Sequence record: NC_048172.1
Length of the DNA: 43,264 nucleotides
Source: Escherichia phage Minorna
Reading direction: 5' to 3' (one strand)
Numbering within the stretch: the stretch's first letter is position 1; the number at the start of each line of letters is the position of its first letter. Below, one piece after another: positions 28,800-37,709 of this stretch. The notes beneath the pieces were generated by a model, which saw nothing but the letters and a program-made list of their open reading frames with translations, did not search any database and was not told the DNA's origin. The position numbers were made by a program, and so were the translations under genes.

Positions 28800-28964
28800 T
28801 TAGAGTTTTGAAGCGACGGCGGCGGCAACGAACACCAGGATTATAGCCAGCGCAGCAGGGCCCCAGAACGGGAGCAGCACCCACAGCCAAGACCAGGTGA
28901 TAACTCCGGTCAGTTTCAAGGTTACAAAGATAAGGCCCAGTACAGAACAGATTCCCATTTTCAT
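28800..28964 (-). CDS. small hydrophobic membrane protein (2 predicted TM helices)
   Basis: Translation MKMGICSVLGLIFVTLKLTGVITWSWLWVLLPFWGPAALAIILVFVAAAVASKL; start set to ATG 28964 (GAGGTG upstream; alternative ATG 28958); track ORF extends to 29006. Confidence 0.45.
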   Translation of the reverse strand: MKMGICSVLGLIFVTLKLTGVITWSWLWVLLPFWGPAALAIILVFVAAAVASKL

Positions 28965-28977
28965 AATCACCTCTACG

Positions 28978-29958
28978 TTATTTAGAACGGCCAACCCAAC
29001 GACCATCGTCGTCGAGCAGCATCGGAATTAGCTGCGGACAACCCTCTGTGATTACCAGTACGCCTAGGATTGGTTTCTTACGGGCTAACCTACCGTATGC
29101 AAAGGCCAGACTCTTACGGTCAATCAAGCAGCCTGCATACGCGCCAAAATATAGTGCCGTCGAAGACGCTGCATACTGAACTTCGAACCGCCCATGCTCG
29201 TGACCGAGAACCAGTGAAGTGCGCTCATGGGACGCATTAAGCATGAAGTCACCTGATACTTGATGCTGGAAGCGGACAGGTCCCAGCGGTGTATTAAGTA
29301 CCCAAGCATCGGCCCACGACCATGCCGGAGCACCGTGCTCAGGGAACAAGATATCGCGGTACTTCTTAATAAATTGCACCGGCAAACCGTGAGCCTTGGC
29401 GCGACGATACACCAGACTCCCGTGATTGGAATCGCATACGAGAAGATTCGGGAAGAGTTCATGCAGCTGCTCCAGTACTAACTTAGCCTTCTCCAGTTCC
29501 ACCCCGGCGCTATCCAGGTTCGGGTTGCTTTCGTGGAATGAAATAGCGTGGCCGTCAGTCTCATCCCCAACTTGTACAACCATATCCGGGCAGTAAGTGT
29601 CTCGGACAGACTCTAAGAAGTCCATAGCGTCTACGTGGGTGTAAGGGGCATGCAGATCCCCTACCACTAAGATGCGGTGACACACCTCCGGGACGAAGGT
29701 TTTACCTAGGTCATCAGTCGGACTTGGCTGTATAAGCTTTAATGCCTCCTTCATATGTGACACAGCCTTGCCCTTGCTACCACCGTGATCTAGGAATATG
29801 CTGCGCCAATACTTAACCATCTGACGATATACTACTGGCTCACTTAACCCAGCCAGCTTATTATAGGCAGCTGCAGCATCCACGTTAGAGCTATACTTGC
29901 TCAGGATGTCTACATGTTGTTCTTTGGTGAACAGCTTTATTGTGTTTAACTTAGGCAT
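28978..29958 (-). CDS. calcineurin-like metallophosphoesterase
   Basis: 326 aa with ordered metallophosphatase motifs: VVGDLHAP (GDxH), VQVGDETDGH (GDxxD), DSNHG (GNH), GHEHG. Confidence 0.7.
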   Translation of the reverse strand: MPKLNTIKLFTKEQHVDILSKYSSNVDAAAAYNKLAGLSEPVVYRQMVKYWRSIFLDHGGSKGKAVSHMKEALKLIQPSPTDDLGKTFVPEVCHRILVVGDLHAPYTHVDAMDFLESVRDTYCPDMVVQVGDETDGHAISFHESNPNLDSAGVELEKAKLVLEQLHELFPNLLVCDSNHGSLVYRRAKAHGLPVQFIKKYRDILFPEHGAPAWSWADAWVLNTPLGPVRFQHQVSGDFMLNASHERTSLVLGHEHGRFEVQYAASSTALYFGAYAGCLIDRKSLAFAYGRLARKKPILGVLVITEGCPQLIPMLLDDDGRWVGRSK

Positions 29959-30385
29959 TCCAGCTCCTGTTACTTATTACGTCACTGATTACGTGTACAC
30001 CTACACCATACTTATTGGCGAAGTATTGTCGCACACCTTTCTTGTAAGGGATATAGTTATTTCTAATATCCTGCACAGCATCCCAAGATAGCTTCGCTTT
30101 TGGGTTTCTCTCTCCACGCACATCCGGGTTCCTTCCACGTTCCGCACGGTCTCTCATATTATCTAAATGTGTCCCCAGCACGAGGTGTTCTGGATTAATA
30201 CATCTAGGATTATCACAGGTATGCCTAACAGATAAGCCAGCTATAACATCTAAGCTTAGCCCGTTATGTTCTGCATACACCACCCTGTGTAGCAGTTCTA
30301 AGCGCTTGGTTGGTTTGTACCAAGCCCTACGATAGCCATTCTTATTAAGGCATTTAGTATACCCGTGGTCAATACACATCGACAT
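29951..30385 (-). CDS. HNH homing endonuclease
   Basis: 144 aa with HRVVYAEHNG..VRHTCDNPRCINPEHLVLGTHLDNM, a typical phage HNH nuclease motif; preceded by a 160-nt AT-rich non-coding segment. Confidence 0.8.
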   Translation of the reverse strand: MSMCIDHGYTKCLNKNGYRRAWYKPTKRLELLHRVVYAEHNGLSLDVIAGLSVRHTCDNPRCINPEHLVLGTHLDNMRDRAERGRNPDVRGERNPKAKLSWDAVQDIRNNYIPYKKGVRQYFANKYGVGVHVISDVISNRSWNA

Positions 30386-30546
30386 TTGGTATCCTCTTAT
30401 GTTGTTCCTACTCGTATCACATTAATTCTCGGTAAATCACAGAATCAAGCCAGAGTCAACAAATAATTTTATTTAATTATCTGCTTGACCCCAGCTAATT
30501 CTCGTGTTACCCTAACCCCCTACACCGCCCAAGGGTCCACCTATCA

Positions 30547-30768
30547 TCACTCCGCGATGAGCTTGTACTCTCCAGCGAAGAAGGTGATGCCGTCCCCAGG
30601 CTTCTCTGAATTATTGTCTGGATTCATTAACTCCACCTCCCAGAATTCGGGGTCATAAGATATCACACGATGCTGAGTGCCTGGTGCAAAGTAATCACGA
30701 TGTCTAGGTTCTAAGGGTTCCGGCCCAAGTCCCAGTATCTCCACAATACTACCCGGTTTAATAGTCAT
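30547..30768 (-). CDS. hypothetical protein (73 aa)
   Basis: Small ORF directly after the DNA polymerase gene; start overlaps the polymerase stop. Confidence 0.45.
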   Translation of the reverse strand: MTIKPGSIVEILGLGPEPLEPRHRDYFAPGTQHRVISYDPEFWEVELMNPDNNSEKPGDGITFFAGEYKLIAE

Positions 30769-33131
30769 TCTACTTTCTCCTTACTGTACATGCTTGTACC
30801 CATTTCAGCTTCCGCTGGGAACGGGACTTCGCCAATGATGCCGTAGTTAGGCCAGAGCTGGTGAATACGCTTAGGTGCATCCTCCATACACTGCTTAACT
30901 AACAGGCTCGCTTCTCTGCCTACTTCCGGATTAGCACTATCCAGATACAATGCATCGTGCACGTTCGTAATCAAGCACACCTGATTATTGAACCAATCCC
31001 GTGCCAGCATTGCACGCAGAACCATACCAGCTGCTACCGCCATCAGGAAGAATGCCTCACCCTGACACCAGTAGTTAGCCATCTCAGTTTCTTTGTAGTC
31101 CATCACCTTTTGTTTGCGCTGGCCAGGGACTACTTCCTTCCACTGCTCCTTCTGGCGGAAACTGTACCGTGCACCAGCTGGGCTGGTCCAGGTGCCAATG
31201 CGGTAGATGCGGTAGCTGCCATCATCCGCTTGCTCCCGGTAAATGCGCCCAGCCGCCCCGGTGCGCTCTACCTCCTCCTTTACTACCGCCCGGAATCCGA
31301 TGGTGTCTGGGAACAGCTTCGCCTCGTTATCCAGGAACGACTGCGCATACTCCACTGTACAGCCTGTAGCAAACGCAATCCCTTTAGCCGTAGCCCCGTA
31401 CTGTGCAGCAAAGCTCGGAGGCTTAATGTCCGTACGCTGCTGCTTCCAGTATTTGTAGTCCGGCCCATCTGCGTTGTGGCAGAGGTCGTACATCTCTTCG
31501 TAGGTTTTGCCCTCCTTGAACGCTAGGCGGTAGCAGTGCATATCCGTGCCGTTCTGCAGCAAACCCAACAGCTTCCTGTCTCCGGTGTGAACACAAGACA
31601 TAACCACTTCCAGGGCAGAGTAGTCAACCTCAGTGATACGACCGGATTCACCGAAACGGGAAGTGAACATCTGTTTTACTTTACTAGTTCCATCTCGCGG
31701 GAGATTCTGGAGGTTTGGGTTAGAGCCAGATAGTCTCCCGGTAACAGTAGCACAGGTGTTGAGGCGGTGGTGGATAACACCCGAACCATCAAGGTTCTGA
31801 GGTATAACATATTGGAGCATGCCTGAGGTCTTTTTAATTGACCCATCTTCGTTATACTCCGTTCGTAGATAGTAAGTTCCTGTATCCTTTTCCAGAGCGC
31901 CGAGTTCGTTCACCAATCGACAGAACTCAAATCCATGACGTGCTAGGGCTTCCATTGCATCTGTGCTGGTGCTGTAGATTGGTGTCCCATCCTGCAAGCA
32001 CCGAGCTTGCCTGAACTCCCCACGCTCAGCGTATTTCTCTCGGAGCACCTCTGGGAGTTCTTGGATGTTAACTAGGCCTGGACAGAAGTAGAGGTCGTCC
32101 TCCCACTTGAGTTTCTCCTCTTCAGTGTCCACTCGGAACACTTTTGGTAGGCCCTTGTTCTTCCCTGCTTTGTAGGTTACATAATTGTGTGGTCCAGATA
32201 CGTCGGTGCTATCACAAGGTACGAATGTTCCGTCAGTGCCCTGCACCAGGTACGCATCACACTTAACGTACTGTGGAGGGTCGTATGGTACTTTCTTGCG
32301 ATACTTGATAGGGCCACCGTATACCAGTGCAGACATATGGAAGTCCGAGCCGAAGTTGAAATCCAGTGTCTCCGGCAAGTCCTTCGGGATGTATTGTTGC
32401 AGCTCCTTCTTAATCTCCAGGATACGCTGCTCCTGCTCCTCTTGGTTCTTGCGAGCAATGGGCATATTCACGAACAGACCGAACCATTCGCAGTAGGCCC
32501 AGGCCAGTAAGGCATCCATGCGCTCCCACACATACTGCATCTGATTACGCTGGGCGAACGTAGCGCACTGGCCGTAGAAGCACAGGGCCGTGTTCGGTAT
32601 ATCCCCATTCACTAGGTAGTCATGCAATAGCATAGGATCAATCTGGGAGGTTAATACACCTTGATCCCAGAGAATCTTAACCCCATCTACTTTGTGCGTA
32701 CCGCCGTACTTAGGAGCCGTCTCGTCCAGTGACGGATACATGCTCTGAAAGTCCGAGGCGATGTATTCTCCGTGCATCGTGCAGAACACCCTGCCGCCGC
32801 GCTTGAGGAAGGCCTCAAACTGCTGCCGCTGGTACGTGAGAAACCAAGAAATCTCATAGGCTGCGTTGTGCGCAACAATAAGCCAGCAATCTTCTGGGAT
32901 ATGAAACCACCGGCAGCCTTCTGCTGCACTGTTTCCCGCCAAGAAATCAGCTCTTGAATTGAAGCGCACCGATTGAGTCGCACCAACAGTGGTAGTACCG
33001 TCAGCCTGTGTCGTGTCGATACGCCATGCTGACTCAACAACATAGTTGTCAGGGCAGTATGGGCTTGCTTTAGAGCCATAATATTCATGGTTCTCTGTCT
33101 CCAAGTCGATGTGCATTATGCTGGTTGTCAT
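30765..33131 (-). CDS. DNA polymerase (family A, with 3'-5' exonuclease domain)
   Basis: 788 aa; N-terminal Exo I-like HIDLETE; Pol A fingers motif VTGRLSGSNPNLQNLP; position after the helicase gene. Confidence 0.85.
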   Translation of the reverse strand: MTTSIMHIDLETENHEYYGSKASPYCPDNYVVESAWRIDTTQADGTTTVGATQSVRFNSRADFLAGNSAAEGCRWFHIPEDCWLIVAHNAAYEISWFLTYQRQQFEAFLKRGGRVFCTMHGEYIASDFQSMYPSLDETAPKYGGTHKVDGVKILWDQGVLTSQIDPMLLHDYLVNGDIPNTALCFYGQCATFAQRNQMQYVWERMDALLAWAYCEWFGLFVNMPIARKNQEEQEQRILEIKKELQQYIPKDLPETLDFNFGSDFHMSALVYGGPIKYRKKVPYDPPQYVKCDAYLVQGTDGTFVPCDSTDVSGPHNYVTYKAGKNKGLPKVFRVDTEEEKLKWEDDLYFCPGLVNIQELPEVLREKYAERGEFRQARCLQDGTPIYSTSTDAMEALARHGFEFCRLVNELGALEKDTGTYYLRTEYNEDGSIKKTSGMLQYVIPQNLDGSGVIHHRLNTCATVTGRLSGSNPNLQNLPRDGTSKVKQMFTSRFGESGRITEVDYSALEVVMSCVHTGDRKLLGLLQNGTDMHCYRLAFKEGKTYEEMYDLCHNADGPDYKYWKQQRTDIKPPSFAAQYGATAKGIAFATGCTVEYAQSFLDNEAKLFPDTIGFRAVVKEEVERTGAAGRIYREQADDGSYRIYRIGTWTSPAGARYSFRQKEQWKEVVPGQRKQKVMDYKETEMANYWCQGEAFFLMAVAAGMVLRAMLARDWFNNQVCLITNVHDALYLDSANPEVGREASLLVKQCMEDAPKRIHQLWPNYGIIGEVPFPAEAEMGTSMYSKEKVE

Positions 33132-33316
33132 ACTACACGCATCTCCCCTACGTAAAAGTCTTCGTGCGGAACGTTGTAGTGTTTGCGGCTATCATTCAAC
33201 CAATACGCAGCAAGCTCCGCGTGGTATCGGTCTTTGAAACACCCCAACACCTCCTCGCCGTAATCCTCATAGTCCCAGCTATAGCTATACATCAGCATGT
33301 ATATCTTCATTTCCAT
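33128..33316 (-). CDS. hypothetical protein (62 aa)
   Basis: Small ORF translationally coupled to the DNA polymerase gene. Confidence 0.45.
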   Translation of the reverse strand: MEMKIYMLMYSYSWDYEDYGEEVLGCFKDRYHAELAAYWLNDSRKHYNVPHEDFYVGEMRVV

Positions 33317-33462
33317 TTAGCCCTCCGAGCCTTGTTAATTGCCAAGTGCACAATCAGCTGGCTGCTATCCAGTGCGAACCGTTTACGGAAAGTACCTGCA
33401 GATGCAGCGTACGCCTTGATTACCTCATCGTCGAGATAGTTAATGTCTAGTGGTTTAAGCAT
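33307..33462 (-). CDS. small ORF (51 aa), absent from the ORF track
   Basis: ATG at 33462 with AGGAGG 6 nt upstream; stop overlaps the next gene start; contains the CTGCATCTGCA motif in its coding sequence. Confidence 0.35.
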   Translation of the reverse strand: MLKPLDINYLDDEVIKAYAASAGTFRKRFALDSSQLIVHLAINKARRAKWK

Positions 33463-33480
33463 GGTAGCCTCCTATGTACC

Positions 33481-33510
33481 TACATAGCGCCCTCTAGGAA
33501 GGCGCTAGGG
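33481..33510 (-). promoter_or_regulatory. conserved dyad element, copy 3 (tagcgcc-N9-ggcgcta)
   Basis: Plus strand tacatagcgccctctaggaaggcgctaggg; shares ACATAGCGCCC and the GCTA arm with the elements at 40691 and 41467; 19 nt upstream of the ATG at 33462, just after the helicase stop. Confidence 0.45.
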
Positions 33511-33513
33511 AAG

Positions 33514-34794
33514 TCACCTGTTAATCTGCCCTTCGTTAAAGCGGCACCTACCTGGGTCGAATGCCACCTCGAATTGCAGGAGCGATTCTTTACCAGATAG
33601 TGCCATCTTATTCTTCGGCGTACTGATACCACGAATGTTTTGCATATGCGGCTGCTCATTCCTGTCCAAGCACCCCATCATAATCGCCAAATCCAAAGCA
33701 CCTTGTACACCAATCTTACTCTGTTTCATTGCCGTGAGCGGAGGGAACAGTAGGTTGTAACCTTCGAGTGAAAGCTGCATAGTACCGATAACGGCACAGT
33801 CATTCTCACACCCCAAGATACGCAGCTCCTGCCACTTCGCTTCTAGATTCTGGTGCTCACTCTCCATAGTACCACCACGGATGTTCGCCACCATATCAAT
33901 GATGATTACCGCTGGGCGCATCTCCTCCATGAGCGTAGAGATTTGAGCCATCGTAAGGGAGTGCGCTGCCTTGATACGGATGCGGTCTGCCCTACCTACT
34001 TTCTCCAGATAGGCTGGCACAAACTCTTGCTTACTGTGCCTGTCCTTAATCTCAGCCAGAGTCCAATGCAGCGCCGCTTGGTATACCCTCGGCACAGTAC
34101 GCGTCGCCGGGCCTTCATTAACCAGCCATAGAATCGGACGATCCCCGTACACTTCCGGTTGCTGCTGCATCTGCTTAGCGAAGTCCACAGCAATAGCAGC
34201 GAGTAGGCTAGTTTTACCAGAATCAACAGGGGCAGCCACAGCAATACAATCACCACCACGAAGCCCACGGATGCTATTAGAGAGTTGCTCAAACACACCC
34301 AGCTTAAGACCGCCACTTTCATCAGTCGCGGCAAGTATCTCATCAACACTTCCGCTCTCCCATTCCAGTAGCGAATCATGAACAGCAGCACCATCACCGT
34401 ACTTGCGCTGGAGGTGCTTCATCTCCAGCAGGTAATCAACTTCCTCCCCGTCTTGGTAGCGCTGCGTGAGCGCTGCGACCTCTCCACTGTACGCCAGCTC
34501 GTTCAGGGTCTGGACAATCCCCACCACAGAATCCTGCGGCACGGCTTGTACTCCCCGCATAAGCTCGTCCATGATTACCCTCTCTTCCCGGGATAAGTGT
34601 CCGGCCCGGAGATTGAGCATGCTCTGCATTGCATCCCACTGCACCTCCTGGTGCTCTGGGTACGTGTTCCAGTACAGCCCTACCCAGTCAAGTAGGTTCG
34701 AGGTATCAGGGGCGAGCATGCTCTTGGGTATCTGCTCTCGCAGTCGGTTCCAGACCTTCTGCGTGCACATTGCCTTGACTACTATTAGGTCCAA
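33514..34794 (-). CDS. replicative DNA helicase (DnaB-like)
   Basis: 426 aa with Walker A-like AAPVDSGKTSLLAAIAV and DnaB-like C-terminal architecture; adjacent to the primase region. Confidence 0.8.
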   Translation of the reverse strand: MDLIVVKAMCTQKVWNRLREQIPKSMLAPDTSNLLDWVGLYWNTYPEHQEVQWDAMQSMLNLRAGHLSREERVIMDELMRGVQAVPQDSVVGIVQTLNELAYSGEVAALTQRYQDGEEVDYLLEMKHLQRKYGDGAAVHDSLLEWESGSVDEILAATDESGGLKLGVFEQLSNSIRGLRGGDCIAVAAPVDSGKTSLLAAIAVDFAKQMQQQPEVYGDRPILWLVNEGPATRTVPRVYQAALHWTLAEIKDRHSKQEFVPAYLEKVGRADRIRIKAAHSLTMAQISTLMEEMRPAVIIIDMVANIRGGTMESEHQNLEAKWQELRILGCENDCAVIGTMQLSLEGYNLLFPPLTAMKQSKIGVQGALDLAIMMGCLDRNEQPHMQNIRGISTPKNKMALSGKESLLQFEVAFDPGRCRFNEGQINR

Positions 34795-35019
34795 TTATAC
34801 AATCTCCACTCTGATAGTTCTGTTTGGGCCACCAACTTCATGAACATAGTGACGGAAGTATTCTAACTGCAGTCGCCGCTTTGCATCTTCCAGTGCTTGG
34901 TGGTACTGTACCAGCTTACGCTCCTCCTGCTTGCTACGGCAGTATCCACACTTAAGGTCGTGCCAGGAGCGATAACCTTTTCCACAGTCACAAACATGGC
35001 TAATTAATTGTACGCCCAT
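34795..35019 (-). CDS. hypothetical zinc-ribbon protein (74 aa)
   Basis: Two Cys pairs (CDCGKGY..CGYCRSK) suggest a zinc ribbon. Confidence 0.45.
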   Translation of the reverse strand: MGVQLISHVCDCGKGYRSWHDLKCGYCRSKQEERKLVQYHQALEDAKRRLQLEYFRHYVHEVGGPNRTIRVEIV

Positions 35020-35225
35020 TAAACCTCCACTTTGTAGATGGCACTCTTTCTAGCATGCGCTCGACACAGGCTCTCTGCCTCATGAAGGTTGGGGTACGTG
35101 TTAATACCTACCCCACGCCCGGATCTGCACAGTTGCCACCAGCGCACCGGAAACCACCAGAACTTAACCTGCGCCTCAAATCCTGCGTAGTTGTCCTGCA
35201 CTACTCTGTACTTATTCTTAAACAT
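35019..35225 (-). CDS. hypothetical protein (68 aa)
   Basis: Small basic ORF coupled to neighbours. Confidence 0.4.
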   Translation of the reverse strand: MFKNKYRVVQDNYAGFEAQVKFWWFPVRWWQLCRSGRGVGINTYPNLHEAESLCRAHARKSAIYKVEV

Positions 35226-36006
35226 TCAAAGCCTCTAGTATCTCTTTGATTTCTGCGTCCTTCGGGTCCGCAGCGAAGTAGTGTTCTCGGCATTGCATGA
35301 ACGGGCGCAGCGCTTTGCGTGCCGCTGCTACCCCAGCATGCCCTGCCAGGTCATTGTCCAGCATTAGAATCACTTCCGGGCGATTCTGAATCAGCCAGGC
35401 CCTTAGCTGCGTGGGCAAGCGTGTACCCAGCATAGCTATAGCCTGCACGTTCAACGCACTGTAGCTCGTAACTGCGTGCTGTATCTTCCGGGCTGAGAGT
35501 AAGTCCTCGGTGAGCACGACCTTTAGAGGTGCGGCCGCAGCTACAGCCGGTGCTACGGCAGGTGCCGCGACAGCGAAAGCTATTGGCTGGCCGTACATTA
35601 CCCACTTCGGTTGCTGCCGGGCATGAACAGCACGGCCCAGTACAGCACCCCCGACACAGAATAGTATCCGCTGTTTCTCGTTGCTCCACTCTGCATCCTC
35701 CACCATTTCAGGCATGATTCCTTTTGAAGCAAGGAATCCGTAAATAAAACTCTGCGTTTCCGCAGGCGCTTGGCTAATGCAAATTGCATCTGCAGGTGCA
35801 GAGGGCTGCACCCTCGGCTCTTCCTGTAACTGTATGCGCTGGTACTGCTTGCGCTCCTTGCCTACCTGTTTGCAGCGGTGGCAATAGTATTCCCAGGCAT
35901 CCGGGTTATTGTAGAGCACCCCGGCGGCGTCCCTGCCGCAGCACCGAAAGCGTGCCCTCTGCCCCACGGCCAGGCGCTTGCACGCTCTAAGCCAGGGTTG
36001 GTCCAT
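35218..36006 (-). CDS. DNA primase (zinc-binding N-terminus plus TOPRIM domain)
   Basis: 262 aa; N-terminal Cys pairs (RCCGRD..CHRCKQ) and TOPRIM-like acidic motifs (VVLTEDLLSARK..ILMLDNDLAGHAG). Confidence 0.75.
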   Translation of the reverse strand: MDQPWLRACKRLAVGQRARFRCCGRDAAGVLYNNPDAWEYYCHRCKQVGKERKQYQRIQLQEEPRVQPSAPADAICISQAPAETQSFIYGFLASKGIMPEMVEDAEWSNEKQRILFCVGGAVLGRAVHARQQPKWVMYGQPIAFAVAAPAVAPAVAAAAPLKVVLTEDLLSARKIQHAVTSYSALNVQAIAMLGTRLPTQLRAWLIQNRPEVILMLDNDLAGHAGVAAARKALRPFMQCREHYFAADPKDAEIKEILEALNV

Positions 36007-36212
36007 TACTTTAATCTCATAGTTGTGGCATATGCGAAGTTAGGTTGCCGGAGAATCATGGGCTCACTCAACAGCACCGGGGCCCCGTCGTGTAGGTAAA
36101 ATATATCCCCGCTAGGAGATTTTATGGCCCAGTAACTTGTTGTGCCCCAGGTAAATGGGACAGCCGTCCTGATAGTGTTGGGTACGGTGTTGTAATTTAT
36201 AGTACTAGACAT
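36006..36212 (-). CDS. hypothetical protein (68 aa)
   Basis: Small ORF in the coupled array. Confidence 0.4.
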   Translation of the reverse strand: MSSTINYNTVPNTIRTAVPFTWGTTSYWAIKSPSGDIFYLHDGAPVLLSEPMILRQPNFAYATTMRLK

Positions 36213-36678
36213 GTGCTTTCCCCTTGCGTTTGATATCCATAGCCATGCGACGAAGGTCGTGTGCTAATTGCAGGGCTGCGTCGGGACTCATATTAATACC
36301 GATCTCCCGCTCCGCCCGGGTGCTGTTCTTTCTAGGAACTACTCCGATGTAGAGTAGGTTCTCATCAGTCCAACTGCATCTTTCTAGGACTAGCCGCTGA
36401 TCGTTGCCGTGGTCGCGCTTGGAGTTCATGTAAGCCACACTAGCTGGAACCGGTGGCAGCTCGTCGTCAGGCTCTTGGTACAGTTTGAAGTTAGGTGCAT
36501 ACCACGGGCAACAGTCATAGTCGATAGTAAAGTTATCCAACTGCAGCCAGTGGCCGCTTGAGGTCATAGCTGTAACTGTGTAGTAATCAAAATCCCCTTG
36601 GTGCTTCTTAAACGGCGAGCGGTCGTCGGGTGATTTGCGTACTACTTTATCACCAATTTTAAACTTAGACATAATCAA
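36205..36678 (-). CDS. hypothetical protein (157 aa)
   Basis: ATGA-type overlap with the upstream peptidase-like gene; no recognisable motif. Confidence 0.5.
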   Translation of the reverse strand: MIMSKFKIGDKVVRKSPDDRSPFKKHQGDFDYYTVTAMTSSGHWLQLDNFTIDYDCCPWYAPNFKLYQEPDDELPPVPASVAYMNSKRDHGNDQRLVLERCSWTDENLLYIGVVPRKNSTRAEREIGINMSPDAALQLAHDLRRMAMDIKRKGKAHV

Positions 36679-37709
36679 CCCTCCACAATATTATCGTATC
36701 CACCCCAGTCCTCTACAACTCGGGTGCCTAGTTCAATCAGTTCTTCTTTGAAGCCATAATCAGAATACACCATGATGTATTCCGCCGCCCTTGCTGGGTT
36801 ATCTAGCACCCAGCTAATCAGTTGCTGCTTAGAAAGTTGTGACACCTCCTTAAACGCTGCTAGTAAATGCGGATCTTCCGCAGGGGGAACATCCAGGGGC
36901 ATCGTTAGGGGATGCGTATAGGCAGATAACCACGTATCCGGTTCCACTACTTTAGGATCACGCTCAATCGGCAGGTGCTTGAATGTACCTGGACTGAGTA
37001 CGTGCTCCAGTACGCTGCCAAGAATGCTAAGGTCCAGCACCTCATCCGGAGTATGCTCGTGCATGTACCCTACACCTACGTTAGTGCATTCCGGGATAAT
37101 CTGCATGAACTCAGCGGAGTCCGTGTATACCCCTTTCTGTAAGTGCGCATCCGTTCGTCCTAATCGGGCCGCCAGCTCCTTTGCAAACGTATCAGAACAG
37201 CAACGTTGGTATCGTTGATGCGTAATGATCCCATCCCCACGGCGGTCAAAGCTAATCATTGCCTTGACCCCAGTCCAGAAGCCAGTATCATCTTTTGCGG
37301 ATGCACTGCTACCCTCACAGCCTACTTCTTCATCCACGAAGAAGCAGTAGCGTCCATGTACTCCCTGCCTAATCATCTCCAGCATCAAGTAGATACCAGC
37401 ACCACAGTCTGCACCTAGACAGTCCGCCACCTGTGGATTCCGCAGGAACATTACACCCTTGTTAGTGATTGCAATGTCTGGCGCAGCGCTACCAGGCCGG
37501 GCCACTGTATCCAGATGTGAAGTAAACGCTACATCACTCTGTTCAGAGCCGCCAATAAGCACAAAGTAGTTACCATGAGCGTCTCTTACATAGTGCTCTG
37601 CACCAGCAAGAGCGCTACTAAGTAGCGGCTCAAACCATTTGGTACTACCCCAGCTAGGTCGGTGCGTTGTTAGTATCTTTGTTAGTAGTTTAAGGTCAAC
37701 ACCATACAT
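36675..37709 (-). CDS. putative zinc metallopeptidase-like protein (M20/M28/M42 aminopeptidase-like fold)
   Basis: 344 aa with metal-ligand-like motifs in the order expected for co-catalytic aminopeptidases: TSHLDTV (HxD), GADCGAG, FFVDEEVGCEGS (EE pair), GYMHEHTPDE (distal His/Glu). By-eye motif match only. Confidence 0.5.
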   Translation of the reverse strand: MYGVDLKLLTKILTTHRPSWGSTKWFEPLLSSALAGAEHYVRDAHGNYFVLIGGSEQSDVAFTSHLDTVARPGSAAPDIAITNKGVMFLRNPQVADCLGADCGAGIYLMLEMIRQGVHGRYCFFVDEEVGCEGSSASAKDDTGFWTGVKAMISFDRRGDGIITHQRYQRCCSDTFAKELAARLGRTDAHLQKGVYTDSAEFMQIIPECTNVGVGYMHEHTPDEVLDLSILGSVLEHVLSPGTFKHLPIERDPKVVEPDTWLSAYTHPLTMPLDVPPAEDPHLLAAFKEVSQLSKQQLISWVLDNPARAAEYIMVYSDYGFKEELIELGTRVVEDWGGYDNIVEG

